Assembly (NCBI GenBank): GCA_048937405.1
Contig: JBHLNF010000014.1
Span: 9,546-73,545, forward strand
Origin: Promethearchaeota archaeon
GTDB taxonomy: Archaea > Asgardarchaeota > Lokiarchaeia > Sigyniarchaeales > SOKP01
Length of the DNA: 64,000 nucleotides
Direction of reading: 5' to 3'
In this document: positions 38,820 through 50,235 of the stretch, one piece after another
How positions within the stretch are numbered: the first letter of the stretch is position 1
Layout: every line of letters starts with the position of its first letter
Program-made: the position numbers and the translations under genes
Notes under the pieces: generated by a model
The model's input: the letters and a program-made list of their open reading frames with translations, nothing else
Databases searched by the model: none
Told to the model about the DNA's origin: nothing

Positions 38820-41708
38820 TTAGATAGTTATAAACAGAGCAGGTTTTAAAGGTTTTGCCATAGCTGCTCTATGTTTAGGATCGAATTTGGAATTTAATAT
38901 AATTGTTGATTCCACTCGCTTTTCTATATAAGATTTATAATGTTCGAGCAATTTGATTTCATTTATTTTTGGTATTTTTTTTTCCCATATTCTTTCCTTT
39001 ATTTGACTTTTAATAAGTGGAATAATATCCTTTCTACTCCGTAATTCTTTTTCTTTTTTCAATTCAGAGAGAATTTCATTAAAATTATCTTTTTTTAATA
39101 AAATTATATCTAAGATCTTATATTTCCATTCGGGAGCAATATATAAATGGATTTCTCCTAATTTCTCTGATTTTAATAATTTTTTTATATTGAAGATATC
39201 ATTAATAATATTAGAAATATATTCAAATTCAGTTTCAAGAGTGCTATTAATATATTTTTTATTAAAATCATTCCAAACCGCGTTGGAAATGAAACCTTTA
39301 TTTCCAGCAATTTCCCATAATTCTTCACATAAATGTGGCATAGTCAGAGAAAGTAATTTTAACCAATCGTTATAAATTAATTTAAATACTATAAAAAAGT
39401 CATCAATTGTATCAACATCCCTATAAAATTCTTTTATTAAATTAAAGACTTCATAAAAAGAAATTTGCAAATATCTTTTTATATTATATTGTTCTAATGC
39501 TTCAACAGACTGAATAAACAACCTAATAATTTTTGATAATTGTACTTTTGAAAATTTAGATTTTATATCTTCATATTTATGTATTATATTCTTAGATTGT
39601 TGAATGTTGTCAATTAAGAATGTAAAAAATTTGCTAAAATGAATTTTTATTATCTTGATTTCTCTTTCTCTCCAATCCATTTTAACCCCTAAATCAGCAG
39701 TATGTGATATATAAAACCTAAATAAATCTGCTGAGTATTTCTTTTGAATATCTGCTAAAGATATAACACCTCCTTTTGATTTCCCCATTTTTTGACCTTC
39801 GATAATTACCGGTTCAATTAAAGATATAATTTTTGGCCAATTTTTTTCTGGAAAAATTGCTACATGATGAAAAATATAAAAACTCAAATGATTAGAAATG
39901 TGCATAATTGCAGTATGACGATGATCAACAGGGTACCAATAAAGGAATTCTTGCTGTATTTCATTAAGCTCTTTCTCTCCAATACCGATTTTTTTTGAAA
40001 GCCTTGTTAAATTTCCATTTTCTAAAAATACATAGTCAAAAAATTCTGGAATTAGCTGATTGGATTTAATCTTGTATTCCTTTATTTTATGTGAAATTGT
40101 ATATAATGCCATATAAATTGTACTATCACTCAGAGATTCAATTATCCATTCTTTGTTGAATGGTAAATTAGTACCCAATCCTCTTAAACGAGCACATGGT
40201 CTTTTTGTTAACCATTCAAAAATATTCTCAAAATTTAATCTATATTTATTAGGTACAATTTTCATGTTTTTTAAGCATTTAAATGCTTGTTCCTTCCAAT
40301 CTCCTGCTTCAAAATTGAGAAACCATTGATCTTTAAGGATAGAGACAATTATTTTAGATCCACATCTGCATGTAAGATCTTTCGTTAAAGGGAGATACAA
40401 TATATCCGCTCTATTCTCTTCAATCAAATCTTTCATAACTTGTTTAGCAGCCTCGCTAACTTTCATTCCTCCATATTTTCCACATTTTTCATTGAGCACA
40501 CCATTATAATATTCATCTTTATAGTTTTCACTTGTAGCTAGATCTAGTTCCTTCTTATCTTTTTGTGTATTTGCTCTATGTCTATCACAATAGAATTTAG
40601 CTGGAAAATCTTTAAATCCTTTTAATTCAATTATCAAAATTGGAAAAATTAATTCAATTTGTCTCTGATCTAAATGAAATTTATCGATTTTCTGCTTATT
40701 CTTTTGCAAATCAATTAAAGCGATATAATCATAGGGTGCATGAGCAGGGACAGAATATACTACTCCTGTTGCTGTGGTTATATCAACAAAATCTCCTGGT
40801 AAAATAGGTATTTCTTTTATACCATATACATCACTAACATTCTTTCCAAGAATCTCTTTCCCCCAAAATTTTTCCAATATTTTAACATCCTTCCCTTGAT
40901 TTTCTAATAGGAATTTTGCTTCTTCAGATATATACCAAATTTCACTATTTACAAGGGCTTTAATATAAATTCCCTCTGGATTAATCCAAAGGTTTGTTAC
41001 TCCATAAATAGTTTCTGGTCTTAATGTTGAAGCAACGAGAAATCCTTCCTCGAAAGGAAATTTAATACATATATATTCACTAATACTCAGATCCAACTCA
41101 TCTCCTCGTGAAATATCATCCTCTCCTACAGCATTTTTGTCTTGAGGACAATAAAGAATTGGATATTCTCCCTTTTCGATATATCCTTTCTCTTTCAAAT
41201 GATAATATTGCCATTCTATAAATTTATTATATATTTTATCTCCAGTTGTAAATTCTCTTCTCCAATCCAGACTCATTCCAATAGATTTAAAATCTATTTT
41301 CATTTTTTTAGAAAAATAATTTACAACGTTCCAAGGATCTGTAAAGCTTTTTACTATTTTTTCTATTTTTTCTTTATCCTTAGTATGTAAGCTTATATAA
41401 GCTTTCATTCTAGAAATCACCTTTTGATCTCCTCTTTCTATTGAAGAAGAAATAGCTAGAACAGGTGTACCTGTAATATGGAATGCCATTGGATATAAAA
41501 CATTATATCCTCTAGCTCTGTAATACCTAGCAAATATATCGCAATTTACAAAAGCTCTTCCATGTCCTATATGTAGCGTACCAGATGCATAAGGATAAGG
41601 TGAAGTAATGAAAATCTTATTCTGATTTGAATCTGGATTTGTCTCAAATATTTTTGCTCGTTCCCATCTATCTTGCCATTTTTTTTCAAATTGTTGGGGA
41701 TTATACAT
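38820..41708 (-). CDS. leuS: Leucyl-tRNA synthetase, archaeal type
   Basis: PYPYASGTLHIGH, TLRPET editing domain, SVPAHAPYD, ESLSDSTIY, KMGKS (KMSKS variant). Confidence 0.96.
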   Translation of the reverse strand: MYNPQQFEKKWQDRWERAKIFETNPDSNQNKIFITSPYPYASGTLHIGHGRAFVNCDIFARYYRARGYNVLYPMAFHITGTPVLAISSSIERGDQKVISRMKAYISLHTKDKEKIEKIVKSFTDPWNVVNYFSKKMKIDFKSIGMSLDWRREFTTGDKIYNKFIEWQYYHLKEKGYIEKGEYPILYCPQDKNAVGEDDISRGDELDLSISEYICIKFPFEEGFLVASTLRPETIYGVTNLWINPEGIYIKALVNSEIWYISEEAKFLLENQGKDVKILEKFWGKEILGKNVSDVYGIKEIPILPGDFVDITTATGVVYSVPAHAPYDYIALIDLQKNKQKIDKFHLDQRQIELIFPILIIELKGFKDFPAKFYCDRHRANTQKDKKELDLATSENYKDEYYNGVLNEKCGKYGGMKVSEAAKQVMKDLIEENRADILYLPLTKDLTCRCGSKIIVSILKDQWFLNFEAGDWKEQAFKCLKNMKIVPNKYRLNFENIFEWLTKRPCARLRGLGTNLPFNKEWIIESLSDSTIYMALYTISHKIKEYKIKSNQLIPEFFDYVFLENGNLTRLSKKIGIGEKELNEIQQEFLYWYPVDHRHTAIMHISNHLSFYIFHHVAIFPEKNWPKIISLIEPVIIEGQKMGKSKGGVISLADIQKKYSADLFRFYISHTADLGVKMDWREREIKIIKIHFSKFFTFLIDNIQQSKNIIHKYEDIKSKFSKVQLSKIIRLFIQSVEALEQYNIKRYLQISFYEVFNLIKEFYRDVDTIDDFFIVFKLIYNDWLKLLSLTMPHLCEELWEIAGNKGFISNAVWNDFNKKYINSTLETEFEYISNIINDIFNIKKLLKSEKLGEIHLYIAPEWKYKILDIILLKKDNFNEILSELKKEKELRSRKDIIPLIKSQIKERIWEKKIPKINEIKLLEHYKSYIEKRVESTIILNSKFDPKHRAAMAKPLKPALFITI

Positions 41709-42127
41709 AATTTTTCAATTTTTTATAAGATTTTTCTTCTCTTTTTTAACTCAAGAAAATTATAATCTCTTTCATTTTATATTACACATCAAGCGAATAA
41801 ATCCGTTTTAGAGTAAAAAGAAAAAGATTATAAGGATTTATATAGCTTAAGATAATAATAAAACTGCATGTAATTTAACTAGGGAAACTAAATCCCTTAA
41901 ATTAATGTTTAAAGCAGTTTTATTTAAATTCATTATAACTATAATATAGCTTTTTTATATTAAAATTTTTCTAAGAATTTCTTTATTCATAATAGAGAAA
42001 TTTTAATAATATTATTATAGATCATTCATTTTATTTATAGCAAATTGTTAAATATATCCTCATCTATCTTTTTTAAAATAAACTTCAAGATTAAGTATTA
42101 TTAGCCACAATTAAAAAATAGGGAGAG

Positions 42128-44041
42128 ATGGATAACTTGGAAGATTCAAAAGAAAAAAAAAATGTAACAATAAAATCACCAGAAAAATTTTTTTCTATTC
42201 TTAATTCTCTAAACGAACCTATGCATATTATTGATAGAAATTACAAGATCCAATTTTTAAATATAGCAATGACTCAATGGCTTATCAAATTGGAAATTGA
42301 TGTTGATATTATTGGGGAATCTCTCTTTAAAATGTTTGATTTCTTAGAATATGATGAAATTTATAAAGAATATGATAATGTCTTCAACACGGGTGAAACT
42401 CTTATCACAAATGAAGTAATAAACCTCAATACTCACAGAATATTTACTGAGGTTCAAAAAATTCCAGTTAAAAGTAATGAAAAAGTAGAACAAATTGTAA
42501 CAATTATACGAGATATTACAGAACAAAAATTAGCAGAAGAAAAATTAAAAGAATCTGAAGAAAAATTCAGAACTATAGCAGAACAATCGTTTATGGGAAT
42601 ATTCATCATACAGGATGGTATTTTAAAATATTATAACAAGGAAGCAATTAGAATAAATAATTATTCAAGAGAAGAAATACAAAATTGGAAACCGTTTGAA
42701 TTTCTAAAACTTATTCACCCAGATGATAGAGAATTTGTGATGGAACAAGTATTGAAGAAACAAGCTGGTGATCCTGATGTTCAAACTCATCATCAATATA
42801 GAGTGTTAAAAAAAAACGGAGAAGCATATTGGGTTGATAATTTTTCAAAATCTATTAACTATGAAGGAAAACCAGCTGATTTTGTGATGACGATTGACAT
42901 TAGTGATAAAATAACATCAGAAGATAAAATAAAAGAATCCGAAGAAAATTTCAGAACTATTGCTGAACAAGCGTTTGTAGGGACGTTAATAGTTCAAAAT
43001 GATAAAGTGGAATATGTGAATGATGCTTTGCTAAAGATTTTTGAATTTACTAAAAATGATGTGGAAAATTGGACCATAAATGATCTAATTAAATTAATTT
43101 ATCCTGAAGATTTGGAAAATCTAAGAGAACATCGTAAAAGGATAAAAGCAGGTGAATCTGATATGAATTCCTTGTATTCCTATAGAGTATTTACTAAATA
43201 TGGAAAGTTGAAATGGATTGACCAATTCTTAAAGCAAATAATTTATCGAGGAAAACCAGCAGAATTAATCAGTATCTTGGATATTACTGAAAAAAAGAAG
43301 GCTGAGCAAGAATTAATAAAACTCAACAATTTAAAGTCAGAAATTCTTAGAAGAACATCTCACGAGTTAAAAACACCCCTTGTTTCTATTAAGGGATTTT
43401 CTGATCTTTTATTGACGGTACATAGAGAAAAACTTAATGATTATGTTTTAGCTACTATTCATGAAATAAAACTTGGATGTGAAAGATTAGAAAATCTTAT
43501 ACAAGATATATTGAAAAGCTCTGAATTAGAAAGTGGAACTGTCGAACTAAAGAAAAAGGAAGAAGATTTATCATTCTTGATAAAACTATGTATAAAAGAA
43601 TTAGGTGGTTTAATTAGACTTAGAGATCATGAAATTATTTTGGAAATCCATGATAAATTAATATCTTGGTTTGAACCAGATCAAATTCATCTTGTTATTA
43701 GTAATTTACTTAGTAATGCTATAAAATATACGCCTCCAGGTGGAAAAATTATTATTAGATCAGCTAAAACACAGGATTACATCATAATTTCGATAGAAGA
43801 TAATGGAATTGGAATAAGTAACGACGAAAAGAAAAGATTATTTTCCCAATTCGGTAAAATCGAAAGATATGGTCAGGGATTAGATATTATTGCAGAGGGT
43901 TCAGGATTAGGATTGTTTATCACCAAAAAAATTATTGAATTACATGGAGGTAAAATAAGGGTAAAATCCAAAGGAAGAAATAAAGGTTCAACCTTTTCAT
44001 TTACAATTCCAAGAATATTTAAAAATAAAAAACCAGATTAA
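42128..44041 (+). CDS. Soluble 3 x PAS histidine kinase
   Basis: Three PAS units; SHELKTPL, NLLSNAIKY, DNGIG, GSGLGL. Confidence 0.95.
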   Translation: MDNLEDSKEKKNVTIKSPEKFFSILNSLNEPMHIIDRNYKIQFLNIAMTQWLIKLEIDVDIIGESLFKMFDFLEYDEIYKEYDNVFNTGETLITNEVINLNTHRIFTEVQKIPVKSNEKVEQIVTIIRDITEQKLAEEKLKESEEKFRTIAEQSFMGIFIIQDGILKYYNKEAIRINNYSREEIQNWKPFEFLKLIHPDDREFVMEQVLKKQAGDPDVQTHHQYRVLKKNGEAYWVDNFSKSINYEGKPADFVMTIDISDKITSEDKIKESEENFRTIAEQAFVGTLIVQNDKVEYVNDALLKIFEFTKNDVENWTINDLIKLIYPEDLENLREHRKRIKAGESDMNSLYSYRVFTKYGKLKWIDQFLKQIIYRGKPAELISILDITEKKKAEQELIKLNNLKSEILRRTSHELKTPLVSIKGFSDLLLTVHREKLNDYVLATIHEIKLGCERLENLIQDILKSSELESGTVELKKKEEDLSFLIKLCIKELGGLIRLRDHEIILEIHDKLISWFEPDQIHLVISNLLSNAIKYTPPGGKIIIRSAKTQDYIIISIEDNGIGISNDEKKRLFSQFGKIERYGQGLDIIAEGSGLGLFITKKIIELHGGKIRVKSKGRNKGSTFSFTIPRIFKNKKPD

Positions 44042-44082
44042 TGAATTAATTTAAATTAAAATTTACCGTCATTTTAAAAAAA

Positions 44083-45030
44083 TTAAGATTTGATACTCAG
44101 GTGTTGGATTGAATTTGGTGTAAAGGAAAATTCATTTTTATTGTACGGAATTATCTTTACTAATGGTAAAAAATTAGCTAAATAGAGTGAAATCCCTCTA
44201 ACTTTCCTATTATTAAGAAAAAAGTTAGTATTATTAAATTTAAGAAATCCGAACTGTTGATCTATTTCATGTAGGGTACCAATCTTGATTGATCCGAAAT
44301 ACACTGAAGGAAAAGTCTTGAAATTCATTTTTTTTCTAAATATCACGGTACCAATTTTATAGTGCGGAATACCACTATCCAGAATACAATTTAAAGTATT
44401 GATACTTACCTTAAAACCAAAGAATGGATAAATATTGTGATAAAAAGGTTCTGGTAAAGTGGCAAGAATCATTTCTGGACAAATCGAATAAATTTTGATA
44501 GGAATTTGATTTGGTCTTTCATTTTCGTAAATTTCTTCTTTTTTATTTTTAGTATCAATTGCTAAAGAGAAATTTTTTCCTCCTCTAGCGCGAATGGCAT
44601 TATCTACCGATCTGATTTCTAAATGCATGTGAGGACTTGACCAATAAGCAAAATACCCATTTCGAATAGTTTTTCCTAGTAGTTCTCCTATTTCAATATT
44701 ATCTCCAACACATACATCTGGTTTGACATGCATCATTTTCCATAATATTTTTGGATTATTAGGATTGCTAATCAATATTAAATAATCAACATTAAGTCCA
44801 TCAGAAAATTTTGGTCTAGGCGCCTGGAGAGATTTAATCTTAATAATTTTACCTGAAACAGGACTTAGAACTTCATAATTTTTTAAAGCTAAATCATGAT
44901 AAATATCAATAGCAAGTCCGTGTTGATGTGCATAATAAGGTGATGTACCTAAACTGAAATGACTGGTTTTTGGAATTGATACTTGAATATCGTCCATTTT
45001 GATAATATCATAAAATTCAGATTTCAGCAT
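44083..45030 (-). CDS. M23/LytM-like metallopeptidase-fold protein
   Basis: HQHGLAIDIY, SPVSGKI, HV, HMHLEIR. Confidence 0.65.
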   Translation of the reverse strand: MLKSEFYDIIKMDDIQVSIPKTSHFSLGTSPYYAHQHGLAIDIYHDLALKNYEVLSPVSGKIIKIKSLQAPRPKFSDGLNVDYLILISNPNNPKILWKMMHVKPDVCVGDNIEIGELLGKTIRNGYFAYWSSPHMHLEIRSVDNAIRARGGKNFSLAIDTKNKKEEIYENERPNQIPIKIYSICPEMILATLPEPFYHNIYPFFGFKVSINTLNCILDSGIPHYKIGTVIFRKKMNFKTFPSVYFGSIKIGTLHEIDQQFGFLKFNNTNFFLNNRKVRGISLYLANFLPLVKIIPYNKNEFSFTPNSIQHLSIKS

Positions 45031-45340
45031 ATGGAGAATTATTGTTAATCAACTAGTTTCTATATAAAGTTAATAAATTCTTTTAAAAAAAAGTATTGTT
45101 TGAGGAAAAAGTTACTAATTTTAATTATATCTAACTGCTAATTAATTCCTTCATGATTTTCAAATCAAATAAAAAGACTTTCTAGGGCGAATAGTTGATA
45201 AAAGATTATTTTTATAATATGAATAAGATTTGTTGTTCAATTAAGATCATTTTTTTTTGAAATACTAGTTTTTATATATTTTTATTTTTATTATCAAGCT
45301 ATATTTATTCTGTAATAGTTTTAATCATAAGCTTATTTGG

Positions 45341-47335
45341 GTGATAAAAATAGCCATTCTCGATATTAATATTTTTACTCCTTCTGAAAGTGAAAAACTG
45401 AAGCATTTATTAAAGAACCCAGAAGAAGATTTGCATAAAATACTCTCAATATTAGAAGACAAAATTGTGGAAAACAATAGATATTCACGAGAGATAGAAA
45501 AGAAATATCGCTCTTTACTCGATGGATTAACGCATGCTGAAATTGGTATAGATATTGTGAATAAAGATCATAAAATATTATTTCAAAATGAAGTCTTAAA
45601 AGAAAGATTTGGAAAATCTAAGGAAAATATTTGTTATGAGAGTTATTTGGACTTGGAAAAACCATGTGAGACTTGTCCAATGGAAGAAGCTTTAAAGTAC
45701 AATAGAGTTGAACGAACCAAATTGGATACAGCTGATGGGAAAACTTACGAATTAATTTCTGCCCCATATCCTAATCAAGATGGTTCAATAGATAAAGTTG
45801 CTGAAGTAATAATTGATATCACAGAAAGAACAAAAATTGAGCAAAAATTACGAGAATCTGAAGAAAAATTCCGAACTATTGCTGAACAATCTCTTGTTGG
45901 TATAATTATTATTCAAAATGAAAAAGTAGTATATGTGAATAATGCTGAAGCATTTATAATGGGTTATTCAGTTGAGGAGATGATGGAATGGTGTTTGGAA
46001 GATTTATTTAACCATATATATCCTGATGATAGAGAAGGAGCCTTAAAAAGAAATCGTAGAAGTTTAGGAGTAGATGAAATATTACCAACCTTTTCATATA
46101 GAATATTAACCAAATTAAATGAAATTAAATTTGTAGAAATATACAGTAAAATAATTGATTTCAACGAGCAACCAGCAATTCTTACTTATGTTCTTGATAT
46201 AACTGATAAAAAAAGAGCAGAAAAAAAATTAAAAGAATCGGAAGAAAAATTCAGGAATATTGCCGAACAATCATTAATCGGAATTGGAATTGTTCAGGAT
46301 AATTTAATGAAATACGTTAATAGAAAGTTTGCTGATATATTTGGATATACAGTAGATGAAATGTTGAGGTGGTCATCAGAAGAATTTATGAAGACTGTTC
46401 ATCCTGAAGATAGGGCGTTTGTTTTTGACCAAGTAAAGAAAAAACAATCAGATTCCGAAGATTATTTACAAAACTATCAATTTAGAGGTTTAAAAAAATC
46501 AGGTGAAGAGATCTGGATTGAGAATTTTACAAAATCCATAATTTATGAGGGTAAAGCTTCTGATTTTGTAGCATTTATTGATATTACTGAAAGGAAAAAT
46601 GCACAACAAGAGATTATCAAATTAAATCAATTGAAATCTGAATTACTCAGAAGGACCTCACATGAGTTAAAAACACCTTTAGTGTCCATCAAAGGTTTTT
46701 GTGAACTCTTATTAGAAATACATAGAGATAAATTAGATGCTATGGTAATATCTACACTAAACGAGATTAAACAAGGTTGTTTACGTCTTGAAACTCTTAT
46801 TGGTGACATTTTAAAAACTGCTGAATTAGATTCTGGTAAAATAGAACTACATAAATCAGAAGAAAATCTGGCTTTTTTAATTAGAATCTGCGTGAATGAG
46901 ATTAAAGGATTCTCAAAATTAAGAAATCATAGAATAAATGTAGAATTACAAGAAAACTTAATAACTCAGTTTGAAAAAGAGCAAATTCATCAGGTGATTA
47001 GTAATCTTTTAAACAATGCAGTTAAATATACACCTCCAGGCGGTTTAATAGAGATTAAATCTGAATTTAGAGATGATTTCATAATTATCTCAATAAAGGA
47101 CGATGGCATAGGGTTCACAGAAGAAGAAAAAACAAGAATATTTAATCAATTCGGTAAAATCGAAAGATATGGCCAAGGATTAGATATTATTGCGGAAGGT
47201 TCAGGTTTTGGGTTATTTATTTCTAAAAAGATTATAGAATTACACGATGGAGAAATTTGGGTTGAATCAGAAGGAAGAAACAAGGGTTCAACATTTTATT
47301 TCTCATTACCATTGATATATAATGGAAAACAATAA
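45341..47335 (+). CDS. Soluble 3 x PAS histidine kinase; first PAS has a C-x10-CxxC motif
   Basis: CYESYLDLEKPCETCP; SHELKTPL, NLLNNAVKY, DDGIG, GSGFGL. Confidence 0.95.
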   Translation: MIKIAILDINIFTPSESEKLKHLLKNPEEDLHKILSILEDKIVENNRYSREIEKKYRSLLDGLTHAEIGIDIVNKDHKILFQNEVLKERFGKSKENICYESYLDLEKPCETCPMEEALKYNRVERTKLDTADGKTYELISAPYPNQDGSIDKVAEVIIDITERTKIEQKLRESEEKFRTIAEQSLVGIIIIQNEKVVYVNNAEAFIMGYSVEEMMEWCLEDLFNHIYPDDREGALKRNRRSLGVDEILPTFSYRILTKLNEIKFVEIYSKIIDFNEQPAILTYVLDITDKKRAEKKLKESEEKFRNIAEQSLIGIGIVQDNLMKYVNRKFADIFGYTVDEMLRWSSEEFMKTVHPEDRAFVFDQVKKKQSDSEDYLQNYQFRGLKKSGEEIWIENFTKSIIYEGKASDFVAFIDITERKNAQQEIIKLNQLKSELLRRTSHELKTPLVSIKGFCELLLEIHRDKLDAMVISTLNEIKQGCLRLETLIGDILKTAELDSGKIELHKSEENLAFLIRICVNEIKGFSKLRNHRINVELQENLITQFEKEQIHQVISNLLNNAVKYTPPGGLIEIKSEFRDDFIIISIKDDGIGFTEEEKTRIFNQFGKIERYGQGLDIIAEGSGFGLFISKKIIELHDGEIWVESEGRNKGSTFYFSLPLIYNGKQ

Positions 47336-47460
47336 GTTTACTAGTCTTTTTTAGATTCTTTTTCCAAAAAAATCTCAAAAATGTTAAAGTTTATTTTTTT
47401 TGCTCGTATATATTATTATGATTCTTTAGAAATTAAAGAATTTTTAAAAAGTTAAAAAAT

Positions 47461-47733
47461 TTGGTTTTAAAATTGGTAAAAGGAACAGTAAAATGGTTTA
47501 ATAGCCGTAAAGGTTTCGGATTTATAAATTCCGAAGAAGGAGGCGACATCTTTGTCCATTACACTGCATTAGCGGGTAGAGATGATGAATATAAAACCTT
47601 AAACGAAAATGACAAAGTTGAATTTGATGTTGTTGAAGGTCAGAAAGGTCCTCAAGCTAGTAATGTTGTAGTCACTGAGAAGGCACCTCCTAATCCATAT
47701 GGTAGAGGAAGAGCAAGAAATTTCCGTATTTAA
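47461..47733 (+). CDS. cspA: Cold-shock domain protein with RG-containing tail
   Basis: GTVKWFN, KGFGFI (RNP1), IFVHY (RNP2), KGPQASNV; tail [12 protein letters not shown]. Confidence 0.93.
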   Translation: MVLKLVKGTVKWFNSRKGFGFINSEEGGDIFVHYTALAGRDDEYKTLNENDKVEFDVVEGQKGPQASNVVVTEKAPPNPYGRGRARNFRI

Positions 47734-48092
47734 GTTTTTAATATGTATAATTTCGTAAAAAGAAAATATTGAATAAGAAATAAATAATAATTTGTAAAAT
47801 TTGTTTTTGCGATTGTTATCGATTCTTATCCTTTTTTTTATTTTTTTATTTTATTGATATTTTCAATTTTTATTATCGTTTTGAATTAATTCCTAATACT
47901 CATATATTTTTAGTTAAGGTAATAAGAACGTAAGAAAAATGATTAATTTTTACACCAATTTGATTAGATTTTAATTAAGACTAATATAAAGATAGGTTCA
48001 TTTCTTTCCTTTATTTTAAACTGAGTTATATATTCAGTTGAACTCTTTCTAAATTTAAGTAATATCTTTTTAAAAAAGATCGGTGAAAAGAT

Positions 48093-48419
48093 TTGAAAAA
48101 AAGGTTAGTAAATTGGCTAAAAATGATTGTCAAGTCGTTTTTCATTAGTTTTTTCACTATATTTGTCTTATCCTTAGTAATAATTGGAATCGCTTTTAGT
48201 ATTATAACAATAATTCCGGATAAGGCAAGCAAGCCATGTTATTTGGGATACTATGCTCATTGCTCATTTACTCCGTATAGTACTATAATTTTACTTGTCA
48301 TGGCATTAATAGGTACTCTTCTTTTGATAAAATTAATTAAATATTTTAAATCGAAATATACAAAGACTTTAGAAAAAAACTCGAAAGTTCAAGTTTTAGC
48401 AAAAAGTATAAGTAAATAA
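48093..48419 (+). CDS. Small two-TM membrane protein with a C-x7-C loop
   Basis: KPCYLGYYAHCSFTP between two hydrophobic helices. Confidence 0.65.
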   Translation: MKKRLVNWLKMIVKSFFISFFTIFVLSLVIIGIAFSIITIIPDKASKPCYLGYYAHCSFTPYSTIILLVMALIGTLLLIKLIKYFKSKYTKTLEKNSKVQVLAKSISK

Positions 48420-48450
48420 TCTTTTTTTTTTTCTTTTACTAAGTATATTT

Positions 48451-49374
48451 ATGGATGAGATCGATCTTAAAACAATCTTACTTTTAATGAATAATTCAAG
48501 ATTAACATATCGAGAGATTTCAGATCACCTTGGTTTATCGGTTAATGCTGTATATAAAAGAGTTCAATCACTTATAGATCTAAGAGTTATCGAAAAATTT
48601 ACAGCAAGATTGAAACCATATGCTATAAATGCTATTTATGTATTTATTTTTGGTCAGAGTAATGCTCAGGATATGGATAAAGTAATATCTGAATTAGGGA
48701 AACATGAAAATACCTGGCAGATTATATTTTCAAGTAGAAATTATATGTATATTGGTTCTATGTTAGAAAATATTCATCAATTAGAGCATTATTCATCTTT
48801 TGTTTCTCAAATTACAAAAATTCAATCTCCTAAAATTGGATTACTTTCTGGAGTATTTTATTCTGTTCCAATACCTTATATCGTTCCTCAGTCAAGATCT
48901 ATGAATTATGATAATTTAGATTTAGAAATCATTCAATCATTACATAATGATTCACGGAAATCAATCTCAGAAATTGCTGAAGATGTTAATAGCACTCCAA
49001 ATACAGTTCGACGTCGTTTAACTAGATTAATTGAGGAAGGGATAATAGAATTATCAATTAATTTTAATCCTCAAGCTTCAGAAGATATTTTTGCTTTATT
49101 TCAAATAACTATAAAACCTACGGTAGAAAAGAATGAACTTGCAAAGCATTTAAATGAGAAATATAGTCCAAACATCTTTTATTGTTGGACATTTAGTAAT
49201 CTCCCTAATATTATTATTTGTTGGGTCTGGTCTAATAATATGAAAGAATTAAATGGATTACTTGAAAACATTAAACAAGAAAATATCGATTCTATAATGT
49301 TTGATATTATGCATAAAGTATTATATTTTGATACTTGGAAAGAAAAAATTTTATTCAAAAAAAAGACTGAATAA
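48451..49374 (+). CDS. Tandem (double) Lrp/AsnC-family regulator
   Basis: Two AsnC HTHs (DEIDLKTI...NSR; DNLDLEII...DSRKS), each followed by a RAM-like domain. Confidence 0.9.
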   Translation: MDEIDLKTILLLMNNSRLTYREISDHLGLSVNAVYKRVQSLIDLRVIEKFTARLKPYAINAIYVFIFGQSNAQDMDKVISELGKHENTWQIIFSSRNYMYIGSMLENIHQLEHYSSFVSQITKIQSPKIGLLSGVFYSVPIPYIVPQSRSMNYDNLDLEIIQSLHNDSRKSISEIAEDVNSTPNTVRRRLTRLIEEGIIELSINFNPQASEDIFALFQITIKPTVEKNELAKHLNEKYSPNIFYCWTFSNLPNIIICWVWSNNMKELNGLLENIKQENIDSIMFDIMHKVLYFDTWKEKILFKKKTE

Positions 49375-49392
49375 ATTTTAGTAAATAACGGT

Positions 49393-50235
49393 TTATATTA
49401 CACAAAATCTTAACCAGATTGCCACTCTTATAAAATGTACAATATAGCTTGTAAATCCGGCAAATAAGATAATTTTATGTAAGTGTGCCTTTTTTATTAG
49501 AATTCTCTGCTTTTTTCCTTTTATCCATAATAACAATCCAATTATACCTGATAAACCTGCTAATCCTGAAATAATAACTTCAGACAATAGAAGAAACCAT
49601 GAAAAAATTGGATTTATTGTACTAAAGCAATCTCCCCCAATGCTTACAAAGTATAATGCTCGAATAAAGAAAAATAATGGTCCACCAGATAAGAGTAACC
49701 ATTTTAATCGATTTAAAAATACAAAATCATTTGATTTTATCAATTTTTTAGTTCTAAAGGGAATTTCATTTTGTTTAATATTATTGTTTAGTTTATCTGA
49801 AATCTTCAATCCAATTTGTTCCATAAAATCTGAAGTATGTTCCTTGAGAGGTCCTTCTTTATCTAGAACAATTCCGGTGATAGGTGGATAAATAATCTCT
49901 ATCCTCCTCATTTTTAAGTATTTTATAATTCTTTTTGCTGAAGATCCAGCTAACTTAAAATCTGCTTTAGTTTCAAAGACAAATGCTTGCATTTTTTCTA
50001 TTTTATAATATGGAAGTTTTTTTAAAAATATCTTAATACGTTTTGAACTTCCACGAAAATGTGTAGGACTCCCAATTCCTATAATACTGTAGTTATCTAT
50101 TGATGCTAAATCAAGATCTTGAATGAAATAGCAATCTACATGGATACCTCCTGCCTCTAAGCCTCGACTTAATGACATTGCAACTTTTTTAGTATTTCCA
50201 TAGATGGAGTCATATACAATTAGAGCTCGCTTCAT
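49393..50235 (-). CDS. Flavodoxin domain fused to a C-terminal three-TM segment
   Basis: IVYDSIYGNT, GSPTH; hydrophobic C-terminal third. Confidence 0.8.
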   Translation of the reverse strand: MKRALIVYDSIYGNTKKVAMSLSRGLEAGGIHVDCYFIQDLDLASIDNYSIIGIGSPTHFRGSSKRIKIFLKKLPYYKIEKMQAFVFETKADFKLAGSSAKRIIKYLKMRRIEIIYPPITGIVLDKEGPLKEHTSDFMEQIGLKISDKLNNNIKQNEIPFRTKKLIKSNDFVFLNRLKWLLLSGGPLFFFIRALYFVSIGGDCFSTINPIFSWFLLLSEVIISGLAGLSGIIGLLLWIKGKKQRILIKKAHLHKIILFAGFTSYIVHFIRVAIWLRFCVI

